NCBI GenBank assembly: GCA_049602715.1
Contig: JBMYRX010000004.1
Location: 514 to 64,513, forward strand
DNA length: 64,000 nt
Direction of reading: 5' to 3'
Origin: Paracoccaceae bacterium
GTDB taxonomy: Bacteria; Pseudomonadota; Alphaproteobacteria; Rhodobacterales; Rhodobacteraceae
Part shown: one piece after another, positions 8,686 through 18,019 of the stretch
How positions within the stretch are numbered: position 1 is the first letter of the stretch
Layout of the letters: each line of letters begins with the position of its first letter
The notes under the pieces: model-generated
Databases searched by the model: none
The model's input: only the letters and a program-made list of their open reading frames with translations
What the model was told of the DNA's origin: nothing
Translations under genes and position numbers: made by a program

Positions 8686-11346
8686 ATGGAACTATTTTTC
8701 TTAGCGATACTTGTGATTATCATGGCAACAGCATTAGGGTCCGGTTACCCTGTTGCATTCGCACTACCGGGTGCAGCGATTATGACTATCATATTAGCGG
8801 GTGTTAGTGGTTATTTTTTTGCTGGTGATCCCGCTGCTTATTTTCATCAAGGCGGACCGTCACAGTGGCTTTCTTCCGGAATTACAAATCTAAGGGGTGT
8901 ATACTGGGAGGTGGAGCGTGACACTTTAATAGCAATACCACTCTTTATTTTTATGGGAATTATGCTCCAAAAATCCAAAATAGCTGAGGACCTTTTAGTA
9001 ACCATGGCCAACTTATTTGGGCCAGTTCCTGGTGGTCTCGGAATATCAGTTGTATTTGTTGGGGCTCTTTTAGCAGCCACAACTGGCATAGTTGGTGCTA
9101 CCGTAGTTGCAATGGGTTTAATTTCTTTACCTGCGATGCTTAGGAATAATTATTCGAAAGCTTTGGCAAGTGGTACCATAGCCGCGTCAGGAACACTTGG
9201 TCAAATTATTCCTCCATCAATCGTATTGATAATTTTAGCAGACCAATTAGGGTCTGCTGCTGATCAAGCTGGAACCGCTAGAAAATTATTACACAAAGAA
9301 GCTACGGGTGAACTCTCAATGCCAAGCATGTTTGACGTTGGCTCAACGAGTGCTGGAGAGATGTTTCTAGGAGCACTTGTTCCCGGATTAGTATTAGTAG
9401 GCGTTTACATGCTTTTTCTTTTAGTGTTTGCATTTATTGTACCTAAGGCAGCTCCCGCGGTGAGATATAAAGGCAAAATGGATCTTAATTTTTGGGGCTC
9501 AGTTTTCTTAACTCTTATCCCTCCATTGGGACTTATATTCCTGGTTTTAGGGTCAATAATTACCGGTGTTGCTACAGTTAATCAAGCAGGAGCGATTGGA
9601 GCATCTGGCGCGTTAATAATGGCTGGTTATAGATTAACTGAACATTCCAAAGTAAGGTATTACCCTGCCCTACTTGCTATTATTTCTATTTTGCTAATTG
9701 CTTATTGTCTAACGAACTACAATATGAACGTGAAGGCAATCATAGTAAATGGTGGTGATAGTACTGGCATATGGTTGGGTGTGCTTGCGTCAATTGGATT
9801 AATAGTCTCTATCGCGTGGAGCGGTACTCGGGTTTTAAAGCTTAATAATACACTTCACGAAGTAATGATAGAAACCGCGAAAACAACCTCATTGGTTTTT
9901 ATTATTCTTTTAGGCGCTGCAGTTTTAACCGCTGCATTCAGAGCTTTTGGAGGAGAAGATTTAGTTCGTGACTTTTTAAATTCTTTGCCTGGTGGCTTTT
10001 GGGCAAAGTTTGTTATCGTCATGGCAGTTATATTCGTTCTCGGGTTTTTCTTAGATTTTATTGAAATTGCAGTCGTTGTAGTCCCTATTGTGGCACCGAT
10101 ACTTCTAGCTGATCCGTCTGCGAACATTACAGCCGTATGGTTAGGAGTAATGATCGGACTTAATATCCAAACTTCTTTTTTAACTCCACCCTTTGGCTTT
10201 GCTCTTTTTTATCTCAGAGGCGTAGCACCCGCAGCTGTAAAAACGTTGGATATTTATAAGGGTGTTATAGCATTTATCTGCTTACAGTTATTGGCACTAG
10301 GAATAGTTGGCTATTATCCGCAATTAGTTAATTATTTACCAAATAGAATGAGCCTACTTTCCGAATCTTCCCCTCCACCTCGAAACCCTAAACTTCAAAT
10401 ATGTTTAGAAGAATACTCTATGCGAGAGGTTTCAATAAACCGGCAAGAAATAATGGACGCTATAATTAATAGTAAAAAATTGGATCTATCATTCCTTCCC
10501 AAGAAAGTTTCGTCAAACTTAAGTGGAGCATTTAAATCAGCTGAGGAGGCGGTTATCACCTTGGAGCAAATATTTGTAGCAGAAAAAGAAGTTACCAAAA
10601 ATGCACCTGCTTATCGACCTCTTTTGAGAATAGTAAGAGACATTCAGAGCTCGATAAGATCCGCAGAGAAAGAGTCAAAAAAATTAAAAAGTTCTTTATC
10701 TTATTTGAAATCTGAAAGTGACGCGGCGGAACGCGAAAACGTCGTTAAGAAAATGAAAGGTTTAGAAAAGGAAATAGCAGTCCTTAATTCCGAAATACCA
10801 AGTGATTGGAACAGTGTTTATTCATCATTCAGTAAACTTGTTAAAACCGAAAATACAGCTCGAAAGAAATATCGTAGGTCGGCAGATAAATCGTATGAGC
10901 AAGTGGCCGAATTTCTAGCTATTTTAGATGCGAATGAAGCATTTATGAGCCTTGAAGACGAGCTTTTCGCTCTAAAGGACACATTCGAACAAACCGAAGA
11001 TGGTTTTGCAGAGTTAGAAACAAAAAATCTTGGCAAGAAATTTACTAAAATAAAAGGAGCATCGGCCGTTAAATCTCAGTTAAGTAAGGCTGCACGACAA
11101 TTACGGCCTGGCAAGGTAAAGTTAGAAAAAGCTTTAAAAGAATATGATAAGGCCATAGTTATTTTTAACACAGACAAGTTGTGGCGTCTCGAAGCCGAGA
11201 CTAAACTTAGATACGCTCTAACTGGATATTTAAAAGTAATAGCGAATAATATCGGTGCGCGTCAGCAAGCTAAAATTTCACGTGATCAAGGTTTATTTTT
11301 AGCAAAATGTAATGCTGGACACAGAGACCTTTCACTAAACTTTTAA
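8686..11346 (+). CDS. TRAP transporter large permease (DctM-like, COG4664-like) fused to a ~330-aa hydrophilic C-terminal domain
   Basis: This is a single uninterrupted 886-aa ORF. Residues ~1-545 are polytopic membrane sequence with DctM-like motifs (FIFMGIML, LGQIIPPSI, TPPFGFALFYL). Residues ~550-886 are K/E/S-rich and heptad-like, with no hydrophobic segments. Confidence 0.8.
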   Translation: MELFFLAILVIIMATALGSGYPVAFALPGAAIMTIILAGVSGYFFAGDPAAYFHQGGPSQWLSSGITNLRGVYWEVERDTLIAIPLFIFMGIMLQKSKIAEDLLVTMANLFGPVPGGLGISVVFVGALLAATTGIVGATVVAMGLISLPAMLRNNYSKALASGTIAASGTLGQIIPPSIVLIILADQLGSAADQAGTARKLLHKEATGELSMPSMFDVGSTSAGEMFLGALVPGLVLVGVYMLFLLVFAFIVPKAAPAVRYKGKMDLNFWGSVFLTLIPPLGLIFLVLGSIITGVATVNQAGAIGASGALIMAGYRLTEHSKVRYYPALLAIISILLIAYCLTNYNMNVKAIIVNGGDSTGIWLGVLASIGLIVSIAWSGTRVLKLNNTLHEVMIETAKTTSLVFIILLGAAVLTAAFRAFGGEDLVRDFLNSLPGGFWAKFVIVMAVIFVLGFFLDFIEIAVVVVPIVAPILLADPSANITAVWLGVMIGLNIQTSFLTPPFGFALFYLRGVAPAAVKTLDIYKGVIAFICLQLLALGIVGYYPQLVNYLPNRMSLLSESSPPPRNPKLQICLEEYSMREVSINRQEIMDAIINSKKLDLSFLPKKVSSNLSGAFKSAEEAVITLEQIFVAEKEVTKNAPAYRPLLRIVRDIQSSIRSAEKESKKLKSSLSYLKSESDAAERENVVKKMKGLEKEIAVLNSEIPSDWNSVYSSFSKLVKTENTARKKYRRSADKSYEQVAEFLAILDANEAFMSLEDELFALKDTFEQTEDGFAELETKNLGKKFTKIKGASAVKSQLSKAARQLRPGKVKLEKALKEYDKAIVIFNTDKLWRLEAETKLRYALTGYLKVIANNIGARQQAKISRDQGLFLAKCNAGHRDLSLNF

Positions 11347-11362
11347 TTAGAGGTTATCTTTT

Positions 11363-12136
11363 ATGGATCTTTCGGGTAAGACTGCTCTAATTACGGGTTC
11401 GACCACAGGTATTGGGTATGCAATTGCTGAGGGGCTTGCAAGTAAGGGTGTGAATATATTTTTGCACTCCATAACAAATGATAAGACCGACCATCAGCTT
11501 GCTGTAAAACTGGCAAAAAAGTTTTCAATTAAAACAACTTATTTACAAGCAAATTTGAGCTCCTCTTCTGCGGCAAGAAATCTTGTAAAGCGAACTGAAC
11601 ATATTGATATTCTTATCAATAATGCTGGCTTGCAGCATGTAAGCCCAATTGAAAAACTAGAAATCTCTACCTGGGACACAATGATAGCGGTAATGTTGTC
11701 GGCAGTGTTTCATACCACAGCTATAGCACTCCCAATGATGAAAAGATCTGGATGGGGACGAATAATAAATATTTCGTCGGCTCATGGGTTGGTGGCATCC
11801 TCACAAAAATCTGCGTATGTTTCCGCCAAACATGGCGTAATAGGACTTACAAAAACTACTGCTTTGGAGACCGCTGAACTTCCTATAACAGCAAATTCCA
11901 TATGCCCAGGTTTCACTCAAACACCATTACTGGAGAAACAAATTCCCGCACTAATGAAACAGTATGGGATGAGTAAAGAGCAGTTGGTATCGGATATATT
12001 GATGGAAAGGCAACCCTCAAAAGAATTTGTTGAAGCGAATCAAATAGCAGGTTTGGTAAAGTTTTTATGCACAAGCGATGCGGATCAAATAACAGGTTCC
12101 GCAATTAGTATCGATGGTGGTTGGACAGCAATGTAG
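11363..12136 (+). CDS. bdhA: D-3-hydroxybutyrate dehydrogenase (SDR)
   Basis: 257 aa. It has the TGSTTGIG cofactor motif. The stretch GWGRIINISSAHGLVAS..KSAYV.AKHG..GLTK and the C-terminal ITG...DGGWTA closely match rhizobial BdhA. Confidence 0.8.
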   Translation: MDLSGKTALITGSTTGIGYAIAEGLASKGVNIFLHSITNDKTDHQLAVKLAKKFSIKTTYLQANLSSSSAARNLVKRTEHIDILINNAGLQHVSPIEKLEISTWDTMIAVMLSAVFHTTAIALPMMKRSGWGRIINISSAHGLVASSQKSAYVSAKHGVIGLTKTTALETAELPITANSICPGFTQTPLLEKQIPALMKQYGMSKEQLVSDILMERQPSKEFVEANQIAGLVKFLCTSDADQITGSAISIDGGWTAM

Positions 12137-12213
12137 ATATTAATTAGTATTTATACTCTGTTATTATTCTGTAATATTAAGCCAATTGAAATATTTGTGG
12201 GTAATTTATTCTA

Positions 12214-13728
12214 ATGGTATCACTTTTTGATAATGGTAAACAGCTTCCCTGCCCCGAAAATTTTAATCTTGCGAAATATGTGTTATCGTATTCTGATCAC
12301 AACAGCTCAAAATGTGCTCTTGAGTTAATTGCTTCTCCTCAAAATTTGAAATGGAGTTACGAAGACCTGCTGAAGGAAGTATGCAGTAAAGCCGTATTAC
12401 TGAGAGAATATGGAATTATTGAAAATGACAGGGTCCTTTTACGTTTAGGAAATACGATTAACTTTCCAGTAATGTTTCTTGCTTGTATATGGTCAGGAGT
12501 AATACCTGTGCCGACGTCTTCACAGTTAACCAAAACTGAAATTAATAAGATTGAAAGCCTAGTAAATCCTCAGTTAATAATCGCGGGGGAAAATATAGTT
12601 TTACCAGAATCAAACGCTCCAGTACTAACTGAAAAAGTGCTTACGAAATACAAAACGGATAGATTATTAGCCGCTAAAATTGGATCTCCTGATCGGATTG
12701 CTTACATCGTCTTTACTTCGGGTACATCAGCAGAACCTAAGGGAGTTGTCCATGCTCACAGAGCTATATGGGCTCGCAGGATGATGTTTGATGATTGGTA
12801 TGGTATAACTGAAAGCGATAAGATCCTGCATTCAGGCGCCTTCAACTGGACGTACACCTTAGGTACTGGGTTGCTAGATCCTTGGACAGTAGGAGCTACG
12901 GCGATAATGTCTGAAAAACCTTTTAATCCAAATGATTTTTATAAAATCATTAACAAAAATGAAATAACTATTTTTTCATCTTCACCGTCTATCTTTCGTA
13001 AAATACTAAAAAATAAGAACGTTTTAAAATTAAACTCTCTCAGACATAACTTATCCGCTGGAGAAAAGCTTTCAGATAGTATCCGAGAAAAATGGGAACA
13101 AAAGACTAAAACTAGGATCTATGAAGCTTTCGGAATGTCGGAGTGTTCTACTTTTATATCTCAAAGACCGAACGAAAACTTAACTGATTTACAAAGTATG
13201 GGGAAACCACAGAGAGGTAGGTCGGTTGCGATACTAGACGAAGAAAATAATCCTGTAGGGTTCGATAAAGTAGGTAATTTAGCCGTGGCCTCTACAGATC
13301 CTGGATGTATGCTTTACTATTTAGGTGAAAAAAAACTTAAGCAAAAATGGTTGCTCACAAATGATCTAGCCAAAATGTCAGAATATGGAGAAGTAACATA
13401 TATCGGTCGAAATGATGATATGCTTAATTCTGGTGGAAACCGTGTTTCTCCAATAGAATTAGAGAATTTATTTAGTAGTTTAGAAGGTATAGATAATGTT
13501 GCAGCCGTCGATCTTACCATAAAAGAAGATACCACTATAATAGCAGTTTTTTATGTTGCAGAAGAGTCATTTGAGAAAAAATTAAAAATTCTTTCGGAGC
13601 AGAATCTCGCTCGTTACAAACAACCTCGATTGTTTATCCAGGTCGATTCATTTCCAACTTCAGGGAACGGGAAGATTAATAGAAATCAACTTCGCTCTCA
13701 GTATGAGGCAAATAGAAAAAATGTTTAG
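12214..13728 (+). CDS. AMP-dependent synthetase/ligase (acyl- or aryl-CoA ligase)
   Basis: 504 aa with the AMP-binding motif IVFTSGTSAEPKGV and a C-terminal GKI.R motif. The substrate cannot be determined from the sequence. Confidence 0.85.
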   Translation: MVSLFDNGKQLPCPENFNLAKYVLSYSDHNSSKCALELIASPQNLKWSYEDLLKEVCSKAVLLREYGIIENDRVLLRLGNTINFPVMFLACIWSGVIPVPTSSQLTKTEINKIESLVNPQLIIAGENIVLPESNAPVLTEKVLTKYKTDRLLAAKIGSPDRIAYIVFTSGTSAEPKGVVHAHRAIWARRMMFDDWYGITESDKILHSGAFNWTYTLGTGLLDPWTVGATAIMSEKPFNPNDFYKIINKNEITIFSSSPSIFRKILKNKNVLKLNSLRHNLSAGEKLSDSIREKWEQKTKTRIYEAFGMSECSTFISQRPNENLTDLQSMGKPQRGRSVAILDEENNPVGFDKVGNLAVASTDPGCMLYYLGEKKLKQKWLLTNDLAKMSEYGEVTYIGRNDDMLNSGGNRVSPIELENLFSSLEGIDNVAAVDLTIKEDTTIIAVFYVAEESFEKKLKILSEQNLARYKQPRLFIQVDSFPTSGNGKINRNQLRSQYEANRKNV

Positions 13729-15353
13729 AACTCAACCTCCCCTGACATTCCATCTCCAATAGGATCTGCCCCTCCATCAAGATTACCTTCATTTATCCTA
13801 ATAGCGTGGACTCTAGGATTTATAAAACTAGCTGGATTTCTATAGATAGAGTAACCCATATCGCATAACTCACGTTCTACCGACCTGAAAATTCGGTTTG
13901 AAATCTCAATCTTATTAGAAGTTACACAAATTCTTGGCGCACTTACAGACTGTTGAGCTGACATGTTAAAATCTACAACATTTAAAATTCCTTGTAGTAC
14001 CCCCATCGTAATAGTTGTTCCACCGGGCGCTCCAAGCGCTAATCTAACCTTTCCATCTTTTAATAACATAGTCGGGCACATAGCCGTAAATCTCGCTTTA
14101 CCAGGTTCTAAAGAGCCGTTGTGACCTTTACGCGGATCAAATACCATCATGCAATTATTATACATAAAACCTAATCCCTCAGTCACGACACCAGAGCTAG
14201 AACCCAGCGAGTGAGTAAGATTCACAACGTTACCTTCGTTATCGGCTACCACAAGGTGAGTTGTATCTTTGCTCTCAGGAAGGCCACTAATTTCTCTATT
14301 AATATTGGCTTTTTCTCCATTCTTAATTTTCGTAGCCATCTCTTTTGCGTAACTTTTAGAAGATAATCTTTCGATAGGCACAGAAATAAATTCGGGATCA
14401 CCCATTAAAGTATCTTTATCAATTGTAGCAATTTTCATAACTTCAGCAATAATTGAGATATATTGTGAACTGTTGTGACCTATCTCTTTTAAATCAAACT
14501 GCTCAAGTATGTTTAACATTTCAATTACCATTAAACCTCCGCCAGGAAGTTGGTTAGTTATTATTTCAAAACCTCGATATGTTCCTCTTAACGGCTTTCC
14601 AACAATAGGATTACAATTACGTAAATCGTCTTTCGTTAATAACCCCCCATTTGTTTTCATGTCTTTTTCTATAGCGTCGGCAATGTCACCCTCATAGAAA
14701 ATGCCAATTCCTTCATTCGAGATTCTTTTGTAGAGCTCCCCCATATCTGGGTTTTTTATTGTATCTCCAATTTTTGGAATCCTACCATTCTTATCCAAAT
14801 AGATTTTTTTTGTTGCCTCTAATTTGTTGATAACGGATATTCGAGCCATGCGGCCTGCCTGCTCTGGGGCCATCCAAAAAGCATGTAACCTTGGTCTGAC
14901 CATAAAACCATCGTTGCAATACTCTATGGCCGACTTCATTGTTTCCCCGAATGGTACCGTACCAAACATACTTTGAGCCAAATTTAAGGCTTTTAAAGTA
15001 AGCGGTGTCGTAAGTGATTGATAACCGAACTCATTAATTTTCCCTTTCAGTATGTACCCAAAACCATCATCGCACACACCTTCAATAAGTTTTTCCCACA
15101 TACCCTCTTTGGCATTCAGAGGAGCTCTACCATGAAAATCGATACTAGTATGTTTTTTTAATTTGTTAATATAGACCTGCATGGATCCGAATCCAGCAAT
15201 ACCACACATTTGGGGATCAACGACCGTTTGAACAAAAGCAGCAGTTATCGCAGCATCCATCACATTGCCACCCCTTTCAAACACCTCTAAACCTGCCTCA
15301 ACAGCCTCAGGTTGTGGAGCTACGACCATTCCTTTCACAATTAGGACTCCCAA
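13725..15353 (-). CDS. Gamma-glutamyltransferase family protein
   Basis: 542 aa with a GGT-type nucleophile region (DTTHLVVADNEGNVV) and GGAPGGTTI-like motifs. The start is uncertain: TTG at 15353 or ATG at 15329. It overlaps the convergent ligase gene by 4 nt. Confidence 0.85.
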   Translation of the reverse strand: MGVLIVKGMVVAPQPEAVEAGLEVFERGGNVMDAAITAAFVQTVVDPQMCGIAGFGSMQVYINKLKKHTSIDFHGRAPLNAKEGMWEKLIEGVCDDGFGYILKGKINEFGYQSLTTPLTLKALNLAQSMFGTVPFGETMKSAIEYCNDGFMVRPRLHAFWMAPEQAGRMARISVINKLEATKKIYLDKNGRIPKIGDTIKNPDMGELYKRISNEGIGIFYEGDIADAIEKDMKTNGGLLTKDDLRNCNPIVGKPLRGTYRGFEIITNQLPGGGLMVIEMLNILEQFDLKEIGHNSSQYISIIAEVMKIATIDKDTLMGDPEFISVPIERLSSKSYAKEMATKIKNGEKANINREISGLPESKDTTHLVVADNEGNVVNLTHSLGSSSGVVTEGLGFMYNNCMMVFDPRKGHNGSLEPGKARFTAMCPTMLLKDGKVRLALGAPGGTTITMGVLQGILNVVDFNMSAQQSVSAPRICVTSNKIEISNRIFRSVERELCDMGYSIYRNPASFINPRVHAIRINEGNLDGGADPIGDGMSGEVEF

Positions 15354-15376
15354 TAATAGTTCATTAAACCAATTTC

Positions 15377-16501
15377 CTAATCCAGATTTTCAAATAATTT
15401 CTTTAATAACATCATACGCGGGATGAGTGAGGAAATAAATAAGTGTTCATTTAGAGTGTGAGGACCTATTCCATCGACTCCCAAGCCATCTAGAGTTGGT
15501 ATTTTTTCCGCTAAAAAACTTCCATCACTTCCTCCTCCAGTATGCATTCCTACTAATTCAAAACCTAATTCTTTTGCGTGTTTCTTGGCTATTTTAAAAA
15601 GCTCTTTACCCTCTTCTGTGACCGAAAATGGTGGTCTATTGATACCACCATGTACTTTTACTTGTATGCCATCTTTTTTATGATTTAATTTCTTTAATTT
15701 TTTTTCAATCTCATCTGCCAAGGTGGAATTCTCAATTCTTAAGTCAATGGAAGCTTCGCAATAGTCTGGGATAGTATTTTCCGCTGTTCCACCCGCTACC
15801 TTTCCTACATTAAGTGTTACGCCTCGATCATAATCTGTTAAGGATTCTATATATAAGATTTGCTGTGCCATTTCCTTGATGGCACTTATACCTTGCTGAT
15901 GATTAACACCGGAATGTGCAGCGGTACCCTGCACTGTAATTTTGTATCGACCTACTCCTCTTCGGCTAGTTACAATTTTTCCCCCATTGCGAGCTGGCTC
16001 CGTAACCAACACGTACTTTGCCATGCTTCCTGCACTTTCAATTAAAGTTCTAGAAGTTGGACTTCCAACTTCTTCGTCTGACGTAAAGAGAATATGCACA
16101 GGTAATTTTGGCAGTTCGGATGACTCAGATATCAACTTTAGAGCCATAAAAGCCAAAAAAGCCCCACCTTTCATATCTAATATTCCCGGACCCTTTACGG
16201 TATCACCATTTATTACAAAGTTATTGTTTCCGAAGCTACCGTGAGGGTGCACGGTATCCATATGAGAAAGCACGAGTATTCCCGGTTTCTCAAAATCGTT
16301 GTCGTAACCCCAATTTGATCTTATCGATAGGTGGTCCCCAAACCCATCTCTCCCAGCGATACGTTGAACGTTAAATCCTATACTTAACCAATTTTCTTCA
16401 GCAAGAGACATTACCTTATTTACGGCATCTGCATCCGAGGTTGGGCTTTCAGTTTCCACCCAAGGTTTTAATCCTTTTAAAATTTCATTTTCAGTTATCA
16501 T
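15377..16501 (-). CDS. M20-family metallopeptidase (carboxypeptidase G2 / glutamate carboxypeptidase-like)
   Basis: 374 aa with M20 motifs LSHMDTV, GPGILDMKGG and SDEEVGS. Confidence 0.85.
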   Translation of the reverse strand: MITENEILKGLKPWVETESPTSDADAVNKVMSLAEENWLSIGFNVQRIAGRDGFGDHLSIRSNWGYDNDFEKPGILVLSHMDTVHPHGSFGNNNFVINGDTVKGPGILDMKGGAFLAFMALKLISESSELPKLPVHILFTSDEEVGSPTSRTLIESAGSMAKYVLVTEPARNGGKIVTSRRGVGRYKITVQGTAAHSGVNHQQGISAIKEMAQQILYIESLTDYDRGVTLNVGKVAGGTAENTIPDYCEASIDLRIENSTLADEIEKKLKKLNHKKDGIQVKVHGGINRPPFSVTEEGKELFKIAKKHAKELGFELVGMHTGGGSDGSFLAEKIPTLDGLGVDGIGPHTLNEHLFISSLIPRMMLLKKLFENLD

Positions 16502-16612
16502 AAGAGACCTCTAATATTAATATATAAAAAATATATATTTTTAATTAAGAAAGTATATAATAAATAAATATTATGATTAAAATTTACATATAAAACCTGA
16601 TACACTTTTGAA

Positions 16613-18019
16613 ATGGACGGTATTCCAATGACACGAACAAAGGCAATGAATAACTCATATGAATATTTTGATACTGGTGGTTTCGAAAAAGATTTGGCTG
16701 AATTAGTTAAGATACCAAGTCAAAGCCAAATTCCGAGTGAGGTAAGTTCATGTGAAAAATACCTCACTAAGGCTATGGTACCAAAATTTCATGAGATGGG
16801 ATTCCAAACTAAAATTTATGAAAATCCAATTAAGAATATAGGACCTGTTCTTTTAGCTACTAGGATAGAAGATCCTACGTTAACAACTATTTTAGGTTAT
16901 GGGCATGGTGATGTAATTCTTGGGCTTGATGACCAATGGACCAAAGGTAATGGTCCTTGGAATGCTACAAAAGACGGAAACATTCTCTATGGCCGTGGAA
17001 CAGCTGATAATAAAGGCCAGCATTGGATTAATATGAGTGCGTTATCAACGATTTTGAAAGTTAAAGGGACCCTAGGTTTTAATGCTAAGTTTATAATTGA
17101 AACCGGTGAGGAAAATGGCTCGAAAGGTTTAAGAGAAGTTATAGAATCGGATATAGAGTCCTTTTCTGCTGATGTTTTCATAGCTTCTGATGGCCCCCGC
17201 GTTAAGTACGACTGGCCAACTATTTCTTTAGGAGCAAGGGGAGCAATAAACTTTGATCTTACGTGTAACTTACGTAAAGGTGGCCATCATTCTGGAAATT
17301 GGGGAGGAGCGTTGGTTGATCCAGCAATCGTTATATCCCAGGCAATCTCGTGTATCACTAGTAAGACTGGAGAAATCAAGGTTTCTGGTTGGAGGCCAGA
17401 GAAACCATCCGTAAGAGTGCGTGAATTATTGAGTGATATAGAGTTAGACTCTGGACCAAATGGACCTACCCCAGATCCAAATTGGGGTGAACCTTCTTTT
17501 TCACCTGCAGAGAACGTTTTTGCATGGAATTCTTTTTCGGTGTTAGCAATGACATCAGGAAATCCTGATAATCCGGTTAATGCTATTGCGCCGACTGCTC
17601 GGGCACACTGTCAACTTAGGTATATCGCAGGAACCAATGTTGATAATGTTGTTCCATCTTTGCGAAAACATCTAGATGATAATAATTTCAATATAGTTAA
17701 AATAAAACAACCTCCTAAAGAAAATAGAGGGGGATTTATGGCGAGTAGAACTGAATTGGATAATCCATGGGTTCAGGTTGTTCAAAAGTCTATCGAGAAG
17801 AGCTCTGGTAGAAGTCCAGCGATTTTACCGCAAATGGGAGGTTCAATTTGTAATGACCTTTTTACGGACCTACTCGGCATTCCTGCCATTTGGATCCCAC
17901 ATTCCTATTCAGGGTGTTCGCAACACGCCCCAGATGAACATGTAATACTACCTGTATGTCGTGACGCGTTAGGGCTAATGACTGGGTTATACTGGGATTT
18001 AGGAGAAATAAAGAATTGA
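16613..18019 (+). CDS. M20-family dipeptidase-like protein (paralog 1)
   Basis: 468 aa with motifs GYGHGDV, YGRGTADNKGQ, ETGEENGS and CSQHAPDEH. Confidence 0.85.
   Translation: MDGIPMTRTKAMNNSYEYFDTGGFEKDLAELVKIPSQSQIPSEVSSCEKYLTKAMVPKFHEMGFQTKIYENPIKNIGPVLLATRIEDPTLTTILGYGHGDVILGLDDQWTKGNGPWNATKDGNILYGRGTADNKGQHWINMSALSTILKVKGTLGFNAKFIIETGEENGSKGLREVIESDIESFSADVFIASDGPRVKYDWPTISLGARGAINFDLTCNLRKGGHHSGNWGGALVDPAIVISQAISCITSKTGEIKVSGWRPEKPSVRVRELLSDIELDSGPNGPTPDPNWGEPSFSPAENVFAWNSFSVLAMTSGNPDNPVNAIAPTARAHCQLRYIAGTNVDNVVPSLRKHLDDNNFNIVKIKQPPKENRGGFMASRTELDNPWVQVVQKSIEKSSGRSPAILPQMGGSICNDLFTDLLGIPAIWIPHSYSGCSQHAPDEHVILPVCRDALGLMTGLYWDLGEIKN

Noticed and set aside
16527-16542. Perfect 16-bp palindrome AAAAATATATATTTTT in the divergent M20 promoter region
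   Set aside because: It is pure A/T low-complexity sequence in an AT-rich intergenic region, and such palindromes are expected by chance. It may simply be part of -10-like elements.
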